From Octopus vulgaris (taxonomy: Eukaryota), in assembly GCA_951406725.2 (NCBI GenBank), contig OX597819.1, positions 82,770,001 to 82,834,000 on the forward strand: a DNA stretch of 64,000 bases, in the 5' to 3' direction. The notes under the pieces were generated by a model. That model saw only the letters and a program-made list of their open reading frames with translations. It did not search any database and was not told the DNA's origin. The stretch's first letter is position 1. Each line of letters begins with the position of its first letter. Below, in pieces: positions 36,971 through 51,260 of the stretch. Made by a program: the position numbers and the translations under genes.

Positions 36971-39641
36971 AATGTATATATGTGTGTGTGTATACATGCA
37001 TGCATACATACATACATGTATGTTTGTCTGCATTCTTTGTGTGTGTGCACAAATTTGTACTCACGCACACATACATTTGTGTGTGTGTTCATGTGTGTGT
37101 GTATGTGTGCATATGTGTGTGTGTGTGCATGTGTGTGTGTGTTTTTGTGTGTGCTTGTGTGTGTGTGTGTGTGCATATGTTGTATTGCTGTTGTAAGAAT
37201 TGGAATTTTCAAAGCGACACAATGGCTAGTGACATGTCTGAATATTCTTGCTCAGTATGGAATGAAACCACTGTCCACTTTTAGGTATTGAACCTTCTTA
37301 TTCTCAAAAAACATTGTTCATTATGTAAACGTATTGAGTCCTCTCTTTTTTGAAGGTATTAGTTTATGGTTCACCCAACATACTCTTATATATTTATATG
37401 TTCTGTCTAAGGAATACTTTTAGATTTCAATACATCACTTTTACCAAGCAAGTCATGGTCTTGATCTGTGTATGTATGTGTGTTATTATCTTTGCATTTA
37501 TGCTTTCCATAACTGACAATCAATTCAAAAGGTTTACAGATCAATTTGATTTCATTTAGCTCTGTATTTCATATCTAAGTTTAGCAAAACTTTACAAATA
37601 ATTGATATTTTTCTCAACTCTGCAATAGTCTGAATACAGTTTGCTACAACTACATTTCATTTTCAACACCATAGCATATATTCACATCATAGCACATATA
37701 CAGGTTCTATCTTCTCATAGAGCCATTTCAACAAGGTCAACGTCTTGCAACATTCCTAATACCCAGGAGCTTTCTCAGCTTCTTGGCTTATCTGTATGTG
37801 TGTGTGTGTACATCTTTTGCCAGTATGCATCAATAAAACCTGTAAATATTGGTGAGAAAACTAATAAACTGGTGCTTTTAAACAAGAATCCCATGTGTTA
37901 TTGCTCCACCTGACAGTCTGTCAGTCTCACCATCATAAATGCTGGAGATCAATGATTAACCTATTAGAAACCTGTAACCAAATGACATTATTGTTCACAA
38001 AATATGATATAACATATAATAATATATATACTGTTCAAATATGTACAGCATACAACGTTGTCTGCATCATGATTGGTTTTTATTACACTGTCAATAGTTT
38101 TGACACCAAATGTGGCCACATGAGAGAAGTAACTAACCTGATTTACTTTTATCCAAAGATCTGTCATAATGAAGACCTATAATAGTTTCTAGAGTCTATC
38201 CAAGATCCTGATGCCTTACTTGTACACTCATAGATTTCACAGTTAATATAAACTAAGTTTGCATCATCTAACGTTGCAGGGAAGATGAAATGCAAAATTA
38301 TAATTTACTAGTGTTCATAGTATCTCATTAGTTATGTATGTGCTAAAAAGGGGAAAACATACCCTTACAAAACATACATTTTCAAACAATCATTGGTACA
38401 ATTACAATCTCATAAACACTTCAAAAGTTATCTAATTCAATCTACTACCTCTTTTCACATACATAACAACAAAAAAATCTTTGTCATTTTATTAGTTACT
38501 GGCTCGCTCACATACCTGTGTGTATGTCTTTGCTTGTTCATATAGATATATATTCATGCATATTTACATATATATCATTTTTCATTTCTTTTATAAGAGC
38601 AATCTACTTGGTTTTGATATCAGACAATGAATATACATCACACTTTCTATTCATTTATGTAGTACATTTGACAGGTTTGTGAATTTCAGAACTGAGGAAG
38701 ACGTTATATATTTGGTCAAAAGTATTATTGCATTAATTATCTTCAATTAATGATCTCTGAGAGTTTATTGTCCATTAACTAACATAGAGTTACATAGTGT
38801 ATTCGGAGTCATTTTGAAACAATGTAAATTTACATTATAACATTGGACTGTTCTGTAAATTTCATCTTGAGTGTATTAGATTTAAAATTTCAGTGTTTAA
38901 TTTTCAATTCTTGTTTTTTGAAACCTATGAAGGCTAACAATTCATGGTTACTTCCAATATAATCATTAAAATTCATGTAAAGTAGTGGTGATCTGTGTCT
39001 GAATTTTCCTGTATAGAGTGAATTACAGTAGTGCACCATGAAGATATAGAAAAATATCTTCAACTCTTCACAATCTAACAAAAACCTCCTTTCAAGTCAG
39101 TTCCATTTCAATGATTTCATCAATTTTGGGGCACAATGCCACTGAATAAAATATCATTATAATGATCTTGAATTTTGTTCTATTGCCAACATCAATTGCC
39201 CATCATAATCAGAGAATCATTCAGGAGGATTACTTTCTCTTCATCATTTATTGTAGTAGTTTAAACATATTTATTAGGAACATCATGTCATCTTATCTGT
39301 GTAATTCACAAAATTTGCCTGTATGAAGCTTACTTGGTGACTTCCTGCTACAATAATTTATCTCTCTGTTATTAAGGTATCTATGATTGAATTTTCATTT
39401 CTGCTTGGTTCTGACCAGATAGACAATAGTATGTGCCTCCATAATACATAGATTGTAGGCTGTTTTGGTGCCAAAGCAAATTTCTTAGCTTCAGTGATGT
39501 AATATAAAACGTGCGCTGCAAGTCATCTAGGCTCCGTTGGTTGAAAAGCAAATAGTGCTCAGGAATACAATGCAAAACCAGTAAGTTATATGTTGACTGA
39601 AAGTTGGTTACTAAACTTCCTTGGGCAATATATATGTGTGT

Positions 39642-39685
<44 letters not shown>

Positions 39686-39711
39686 ATATGAGTGTGGGTA
39701 TATGTGTGTGT

Positions 39712-39759
<48 letters not shown>

Positions 39760-40409
39760 ATATATATATATACACACACATGCACACACATACACACACA
39801 TATATAATACTTTTATATCTGTATACAAACATATATATATACAAATGTAAATATTTGTATATGTATATCCTATGTATATATTTTGACATGATATATGCCC
39901 ATATAAATGATCATATCCCTCATATGCTGTTAACTGTTCTTTAAAGATATAAAATTCCGTAATACAAATGATTAAACCAAATATATGAATATATAGATAT
40001 AAATATATGAATATATTACATAAAGGGTAAAAAAAATTCACTTTAATATAATTATTGATTTCTTATTCCAACTGCTCTCCATAAAATTTTTTTATCAATT
40101 ATAAAATGAAGTGAAATTTTGGTACTAAATTAATTTTGAAAAGAAAATATTGGCAAAACACCTAGCTTTCTCATTTGCTGTAATTCACTACTTTAAATGC
40201 AAAGTAAGGATTTACAATCTAAAAGAATATAATAGAACTCATAATTGCATGTGTGAGTGTGTGTGTGTGTGTGCATTTATATATATATATATGCACACAC
40301 ACAAACATACATCATTGATATAAAATAAAGAGCCTTCTTTAATTTAAATAAAAATATAAGTAATTATATGACATAACTTTAATCTAACTGTAAAGGAGTT
40401 ATAAAAGTA

Positions 40410-40431
40410 ATAACAATATCATAATAATAAC

Positions 40432-40465
<34 letters not shown>

Positions 40466-40572
40466 GTAATAATAATAATAGTAATAATAATAATAGTAAT
40501 AATAACAATAATTAAAATAATGATAATAATAATAATAATAATAATGATAATAATAATGATGATGATGATGAT
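40410..40572. repeat. (AAT)n/(GAT)n microsatellite, probably a SINE tail
   Basis: Read directly from the sequence. It is followed by acaagggcccaagagtttgggg, which resembles the SINE 3' end at about 31335. Confidence 0.85.
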
Positions 40573-42355
40573 ATGATTTTATTGCCTACAAGGGCCCAAG
40601 AGTTTGGGGACAGTAATATAACTAGTAATAATATTCCTCCTATAGTATCTATTCCTTTTCTAATATCTATGAATATTCTTTCTCCATCTCTCATATTGTT
40701 TCTTCTGCCTATCTCTTCCAACTTCTGCATTTTCCCTTAAAAATAGCTTGGTCTGCCTTAGGAATTGTAATCTTAAAATACATTGTTATTGTTTGGCTTT
40801 CTAAGATTGGATAGTATGTATGATTATATGTGCATCTTGTAGCTATTTGTATGATTGCATGAATATCCACAAATTGGTTATTTCTGCATAAAACTGTCAA
40901 TGATTGCAGGAACATTATTTCCATGGCAATAATATGAACTGCTGTCGAACTGAGAATTGCTTGCCCTTTTTGAAATAACTGAAAGAAAATTCAACTTTAT
41001 ATTTATCATTTGGTCTTGTTTGCAAACTACAAGATCATTTGTGTGTGTATGTCTCTATCTATCTATATATATAAATATACATATTTTCATGTATATATAT
41101 GTTTATATATATGTATATATATGCATATGTGTATTGTGAGTGATTTTTTGATAAGTAGCAAAGAAAGAATTAGATTTTTAAATCATGTAGTATAAAATTG
41201 TTTATAAGGATTACACATAAACAATATTCTAAACTGGTTTTATACCTTCCTTAACAAGGATTTCCTCAGACACAAATAATCTTAAAATATCTTTACCTTG
41301 CTAGAAATAACATTACCCTTCTTTATTTTACAATTTTCTAATTAGCAAAATAATTTTAAATTTCTTAAATTCAATTAAGAAAGTATTAAAAAGAGTGCAA
41401 AATAAGTTTTGTCTTTCATTATTAGACTTGAGATTAAGTTATTCTTTAAAATGAAATTTTATATTTGATTAGTTTGTACTGTAAGCATAGTATAGCTGCA
41501 AGTGGTAATTTGACAAATATCAATCTTGTGTCTTGTTTAGATTCGTTCTATACAAGCTGTTAGAGGAAATATATAGAACTTTTTCTTTAATCTGAGATAA
41601 AGCTTTTATGAGCTGTATTTAGTGTTAGTGCATCTTATATGTCTTTATTTGCTCAACTTTAATCCAGAGGTATATGAATTTTCAGACAAATAACAGCTTT
41701 CATTGAAATGTAAATATATCAAAATAAAGTTTAAAATTTACATCAGTTTAGTTTATATGCGAGTACTTTGTTTCCATACATTAAGAACATTTTTAAATGT
41801 TATTTAGATTGTCTTTTAAAAACTTAATCAAATAAATATGCCATATAAATCATGATATCAAATGAATTTAAATACTTTAGAAAGGTACTTGGGCATTTGT
41901 AAGAAAGCATATCTTCATTCGAATCTGAAATCTTTTATTCTATTCCATCCTATCTTTTCTCCTAGTTTCATCTTCCATTCTCTGAATAAAACATCTTTAT
42001 ATTCTTAAGACATCTACTTAGTTCTTTTCCTGTCTATATCTTGAATTCTTTTCAAAATCTGAGTGTAGTCTTCTTCTGTTCTTTGAATTATTTTCATTTC
42101 ATTATCTTCAATAGATGTGGTGGAAATATTATAAAGACACAATTTCATAAATATGCCTTCTCAGTTGAATTTACTTCCAAATGTCTCTGCTCTTCTTCAG
42201 TTCTTTAATACCTTTCGTGCTACCTATCTTCTTCAATTGATACTGCTGCTAATTCTTATGCAGCTATAGTTCTTTAAAAAAAATCGATAAGCAATTTATA
42301 TAATTCTCTCGATATTATAGCCTACACTTTAATTAAGGTATCTTATGAAATGTCT

Positions 42356-42534
<179 letters not shown>

Positions 42535-43949
42535 TTAAATTTTCAACATCCATATACTTCATGTTCTGTATTCAATATTTCAACCAATTATTTCGTTTCA
42601 TGATATAAGTTTGATGTATTTTGTTCTTATACTATTTATTTTTATTTTAAGATAAGGATATTTTAGATTTTCATTTCAGTTACAAAATATTTTCTAAAAA
42701 CCTAATTTTCATAATTAAAAATTTGCATCTTATTACCAGTTTGTGTTATTTCATTTTTCTTTATTATCTTATAGAATGGTTTATGAATGCAATTATTTGA
42801 ATTATAGATTAGTGAATTAATTTTATTTCATTTTTAACTGTTTGATTATTTTTTCTTGTATTGATGATCTATTAGGATAGAACCTTCAAAATATGCAAGA
42901 AATGTTTATGCATGTATTATCTACAAGATTATATTAATTGTAATTAAATCCAGAAAAGTTTCATTTTTGAAGTCATCTTTTATAGAATGTATATTGAGTA
43001 TTTAACTTGATAACTATATTACAAAAGTAAAATTGTTTGTATTTACTTTAATGTATTACCAATCTTTCATATTAACTCTAGATTTTATTTTATTTTTATA
43101 CAATTAATATATTTAATTACATTAATGTTTCATCTTTAAAAAGTTAGAATCATAACATCAATGTAATACATTTTTTTTTGTTAGTTACATAAATCCTAAT
43201 CCTCATTTATAGTAACTTGTATTAATCAAATAGGTATTATTATATTAATCATGTTGCTTTTTAAAGTATTTGAGTGAATTTATTTTGGTTTTAGTATAGA
43301 TTTTATATATCGATAGTTATTTTTATGGCAAATATTTCAAACTGGCCCTTCTGACTTCATAGCGCCACCTGGACTGGTCCAAGACGAGGATGGTATAAAA
43401 GACAAAACAATCCTGCTATTAAACTTACTGCTTGACGTACATTTCTCTCGCACAAATGGATAGCTACTCTCTCTTTCTCTATCTCTCTCTTTCTCACAAA
43501 CTCTTGGCACACGTCTCACTATTTCCACCAACAGTTGTTCGTCTTTTAAATGGTTTATACCTTGACACTGCTGCTGTGTTTCTCAGCCTCACCACCGCTG
43601 CCACTGCCATTTTTCACCATTACACTCACCTCTACTCTTTTGTCTATTATGTTTTTTACATATTGTTATCATTGTGTTTCATATTTGCCTGCTATATCAT
43701 GCACTGCATGCAACAGTTTGCATGTTATTGGATACATTAATTTGTGAGTGTGTCTGTGCGTGTCAGCGTGTATGTGTGTGTATTCACTTTTATGTGTTCA
43801 TGTACTGTTCTTTTGTGTGTTTGCCTGGTTAATTTCCATATTTTGGCTTAATGTTTATCTTTAGATATTAAAAAAAAGTAAAATATTCTTTGCATGAAAA
43901 TTTATTTATCCTTATTAGTATTCTAATTATTATTCAACAATATTGCTTT

Positions 43950-45660
<1,711 letters not shown>

Positions 45661-48211
45661 CATGTAAATATTTGATGTCTTTAGTTGGATTTTATGAGAA
45701 AAATGGTTATCAGAATTGTATATCTTTATTACAAATTTTTTTAATATCTTAATATTGATGTTCCAAATATTTTGACACTACTTAGGTCTTTTCCTGAATT
45801 CATTAATTTCCAGTCTTCTTTAAAAAGTGTGTCTCTGTGGAGTATTTTATTTGAAGAAGACTAGTGAATACAAAAATATATACTATTGTTTGAAAAATAA
45901 AATTGATATATGAGTATAAAAAACTTTCATCCTTCTTACTATATTAGTTTAATGTATTGAAATTTTTAAAAGAAATGAATTATTGAAGGATGTTTGGTGT
46001 TTGTAAAATTCAGTTTTCATTATATAATGACCACAGTCTTGTTAGATGCTAGATATTTCACATGCATGCAGCATTTCTAGTGTTATGCCCTTCACATGCA
46101 AGAACAATCCTCATATATAATAATATATTTGATGACAAATATAAGGTTCTAAATTAAAGCAAATTTTACTGTCTGATTGAGTCAGGTATTCTCTTGCTTG
46201 TGTAGTCACATTTCCACTTATGTAATATTACAGAGGTCACAGTTATTACCTGCTGCTTAACTTCTATGTTATCATCCAAGATCTAATCAGTGACTTGTTT
46301 CAAGAACAATTCAAAAACTTAACAAATTAAGGTATCTGCATATAATTGAAATGTTTTCTTGCAGACAATTTTTAGTTCTATGTATTAACTTAACATTCAT
46401 TTTGAGTCATTGTTGTCTAAATTTCAATAATGACTAGTATGAAAGGAAGCCTATTTAACAAGTATAGTGAGAAATGTGAATGAGCCAGATATGTCTGAAA
46501 GCAAAGGAATGATAACATTCTAACTTATATAATCAGGAAATAATTTTCTTCAAACTGCCTCTAATATTAAAGATAATCAATTTTCATAATTATAATTTAG
46601 AATGATAAAACAAAATTTCAATGAAGTTTGTGAAATCCTATTTTTCCTTTCTCGGTAAAGAAAATATCTTAACAATCAATAACAAGTGCTTTCTTGAAAA
46701 TTTTGAAGTAGAATTATATGGATACATTTTAATACATGGTTTTTGTAATGTAGAGTGTATAGGTAGGTTATTTAAAATTAAAAATAGATATTGTTCAATA
46801 ATATGAACAAGACTATCAGAATATTAGAATATAATGATGTTTAGTCTATTTCATATTAAATAAACAAATGGAATATATATTAAAATGTTCTCATTACATG
46901 AAAGTATAACATTAGATTAATAGTTAAGCACAGAGTTAACCTAATAACGATATATTAGAAACAAGTATTCTGTACTTACCTATTTTTTAGTTTTTTTGTT
47001 TTTCTGGTAGCAAAATGTAGATTTGTTAACATATTCTGTTATCAATTTACATTCACATGAACTGAATATTTTCAAGTGAATTAAGACAGCATGAAGAATA
47101 TCATCATACAAAATTCAAACAATATTTCAATTATTTACAGTTTAGTTTTTGCTGGTGTTGGTTAATTTCGTTGTGGTAAACGCCTTTTCTATCAGATCTA
47201 ACACTTATTCATGTGTTATGATAATTTTGGGATTTTGTAAACTTTCTTTTTCACTTATAACTTGTATTGTATAATATTGTTTGATAACGCATAGCTCTAA
47301 TGTATACTTGTATTTGAATATTATATGCAAATATATATGTGTATGCATATGTATATAAATTTATACATATTATTCATGTGTAATTATATACATATAAATA
47401 TATATATATATATCTTTTTCCATATGCGTGTGATTATGTACATGCAGATATACATAGAAATTCAACTTCTACCAAAAAATTTAATAATTAATTACTGTGT
47501 AAGTTGTACAATGGCAAATAGATAAAATAATTTATTAAATCAGTAGCTACATCATATTTCCATCATTTATATAAAGCTTCAAGATCAACAAAATATTTAA
47601 CAGAAATGTTGAAACTCTTGTAGTATTTGTATTGAATCTATGTTGATATTGAACTATATATTGAATTCATCAGATGCAATAACTGATATTTCATGGTTTC
47701 TCAAGACTGAAACCAAAAATTCATATTTAGAATGTAAATGCGTTTAAATGTTTAAATATAAAGACTTGATAGATATTCAAAAAAATTTTATTTTAAAGGA
47801 CTATTTTTATTATTTCTAATTTTTCATTCAAATTTTTACCTCAATCCAGATGAGTTCAATAGGTTTTAAATTATGTCAACAATTGTGATTGCAAGTGACT
47901 AAATTAAATCTCTTCAATGGAATCCTAAAATGGAATTTTTCATTTTGTTAAATTCATGTGCTAACTCTCTTTTAGTTGGGATGTTTATAAAGATATATCT
48001 TAAAATCTTGTACTGCATAGATACCTTAATAAGTCATAGAGCTGTAAAGAGAATTCTATAAATAGAAAAGCAAGCTGATTAAGTTATTTTCTTTTATTCA
48101 TATGTAGTGAATAAAACTTACTGTAGTAAATATGGTTCACAAGTAATTCAAACTATGAAAGAGAATTTCTTCACTATTTCACTCAGCTTGTATGATATTA
48201 TAGAACGTGTA

Positions 48212-48250
48212 ATTTAATTTTTTTTTTAATATTTTGTTTTACAGGTAAGA
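48212..48250 (+). promoter_or_regulatory. Candidate recursive splice site (3' ss immediately followed by 5' ss)
   Basis: atttaatttttttttttaatattttgttttaCAG|GTAAGA, with the AG ending at 48244 and the GT starting at 48245. Confidence 0.4.
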
Positions 48251-49616
48251 AATTTGTTTACTTAAGCAAAATATGGTTAAATATTAACGTTTTAAGATTT
48301 CATAATAAATTAAAAATTCTGGCCTCTTTGATTCATTAGTACATTCAATTTGGAATCTACTTAATATCAGTCATAAAATGGCTTTGTTGATTTATGAATG
48401 CTTACTTTAATCCAATAGACATTTTCAAGAAAAAATGTTTTGTTTTTTTTAGTTAAAAAGTTGGAAAGGAAACTAAGAACAACTAAATATTATTTTGTAA
48501 TTCCAAATCTTTCAGGTGAGAAATACATCTTAACAAATATAAAATGAATATATGATAAATATATGATAAATATGCGCAAACGAAAAGCTGCATAAATTTC
48601 TTCATTTTTCTTTACATATATATATTTGTATATATATATATACATATATATCGGTTGGGGAGAAACTCTGTTGAATATTATATTAGAACATTGTGTCTTT
48701 GTTCATTTCACGAATTTATTCCTGATTTCATATAAACAATTTGCTAAAGAATTACAATTCTCCATTGATAATTGCTTACTAAAAAGTATGCAAGAAAAAT
48801 GTTACAACTTAATCAAAATGGCAAATTATTAGGCATATTTTCAGATTTGTATTGAATCATCTTCAAATTAAATGTTATCGTCACTAACCTGACATAGATT
48901 ATATTCCTGTAGATTTATCTAACTGCCTGGGGAATGTGTAAACAATTCTCAGTTACTTTTTTTTTAAATCTAAGTTTGGCTTATCTTCTGTTTTATCATT
49001 GAGGAAAAGAGATCTTTCTTCATTCTATTTGTAGAACTTTAATAATTAAATTCTCTATGATTAAATAATATATTGAATGAATTTTTTAATTGTTGGTTTT
49101 CACTGACAAATAAAATGATTCTTATGAAAGCTTTAATTTTTCTTAAAATTTTTATATCTTTGAAAATTATATAAAATTATATTTATAAATGGAATACGCA
49201 TATTAATAGAAATTAGCTTGCACTTCAAATATAGTTAGGATATTTATCTCATGCTAGGTATCAAGTGTAGTATTTCAAATTAATAAATCTACACTTTAGA
49301 AAATCTTAGTTTTATGGAGCACATCAGGTGTTTTATAATTTCAAGAATTTCTTTAACTCACACATATAATACTTTCAATCATATTATATATATATATAAT
49401 TGTTTTTTAAGACGTGCATTTATTTTTAAATATAGAACTCAATTTAGAAACATTTAGCTTCAAATTTCAGATTTACATATTGAGTGTTTATTTACTATTG
49501 CACAATAAATTATATTTTACACAGCAAAGTGGAACATTTCATGAGATATATTTAATATCATTAGTCTATGTGACAAGGTGAGAAGTATCTCATTGGTTCC
49601 TAACTTCCTTATTTTC

Positions 49617-49658
<42 letters not shown>

Positions 49659-50451
49659 TTGTTCTCTCCCTCTCTTATCTTTCTTTCTCATTGTGTTTCT
49701 GTAGTATAAGATTCATAAAATTAGTTTCTCCCAAACCCACAAATGAATATAACAAAATTCAGCAAGTGACAATACATTAAATTGATTGAAAGATAAATGT
49801 TTAAAAAGGATCTTAGCTACAGCTGCAATGAACTGACATTGAAACATCAGAATAATTTGGTTCGATATTTTCTGAAAGTAACAGATATAGAACTTTGTTT
49901 ATATATTTTTTTAAAATGTAATTTAATTATGCATAAAATATCTAAGTAAGGATAGATAAATATTGAAAAATGTATATAAGCCTATCTATATTTGATATAA
50001 ACATAACTGAGTGCATACTTCAGAGGAAAAGAATTACTGTTATCTTACAAATAGCAGTATATTTCCTCCATTTTATTACATTCCTTTATTACTACAAACC
50101 TTAATTAATTGCTCATATTAAATATATTCTACAATAAATATTTGTATTTATCATTTTTAAATATTGTAAATATTTATTCATCATAAATATTTTTACCTTA
50201 TTTTGTTTACAATATTTCTATTTATCTTTTCTTATTATTTTTAATTATGTCATCTTAATCTTGTCTCCATTCATTCAACCAACCAAATTAACTATGATTA
50301 TTAGGTAGAAAATCTTCTGAAAAAACTCAATAGAAAAAACTTCTGAAATTAGTAACCTAATCTATTTTCAATTAAATATGAACAATTAGAAATATTACTT
50401 TTATGAATTTGCTTTGAAAGATTCCTGGTGTGAAATAATGTGTTGAAACTG

Positions 50452-50850
50452 ATATTGTTTTATTTCAGGATGGTCATTCTTATTTCTTACCAAATAAATA
50501 CACGCACTATATATTCGTTCTCCACTCATTTCTTATTGTTCTTATTTTAGCTTATGTCCATTGTCTGAAAATCTTTCATCACACATTGGTGACATCTTCA
50601 ATGACTCTTCCATCCACGTGTTTCTTCCTGTTCTGTTTAGTCATAGAAAGACAGAATAGACTAAAAAAAAGAGGAAAGACATGGATGGAAGAGTTGCTGA
50701 AGAGGTAATATATGTGTGTGACTAAAGATTTCCAGACAATGGACATAAGGTTTAATAAAAACAATAAATGTGTGAAGAACAAATATACAGTGCATGTGTT
50801 TATTTGGCAAAAGAAAAGAAAAAAATGACCATCCTGAAAAATAACAATAT
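50452..50850. repeat. ~400-bp imperfect fold-back element (MITE-like)
   Basis: Arm pairs include tttcaggatggtcatt / aatgaccatcctgaaa, cttatgtccattgtctg / cagacaatggacataag and actcttccatcca / tggatggaagagt. Confidence 0.88.
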
Positions 50851-51077
50851 TAAAAATATTGATTCATTTAATTTATATCTATGAAAAATATATTCCTGTG
50901 TCTGAGGAAGAATGGCAAAAGGGAAAATAGAGCTTACATTTAGTGTGACAAAGCATTCCACAGTTGATGTTTAGGGTCAGGTCAAACTTGATTGAGCAAA
51001 TCTAAGACAAAAGGCATCTTAGGCCTGATCAACTATTTTCTACATATATAGGGAATTTATGATTACATTATTTAATA

Positions 51078-51112
<35 letters not shown>

Positions 51113-51223
51113 TTTCAATGTCTTGGAGTGTGACTTAAAGGAGATATTTGATTGCTTTTTTTATTTACTTCTTCATGGGCTTGATCATGTGGAGCTATAA
51201 AAGAGCATAGTAAATACGTAGAT

Positions 51224-51260
<37 letters not shown>

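Noticed and set aside
43432-43740. 102-aa hydrophobic ORF resembling a membrane protein
   Set aside because: The hydrophobicity follows from CT/T-rich composition and no family is recognisable. Kept only as a possible regulatory or exon island.
49525-49577. 53-nt candidate exon (CAG...AAG|GTGAGA)
   Set aside because: The signals are plausible but the peptide is uninformative and there is no independent support.
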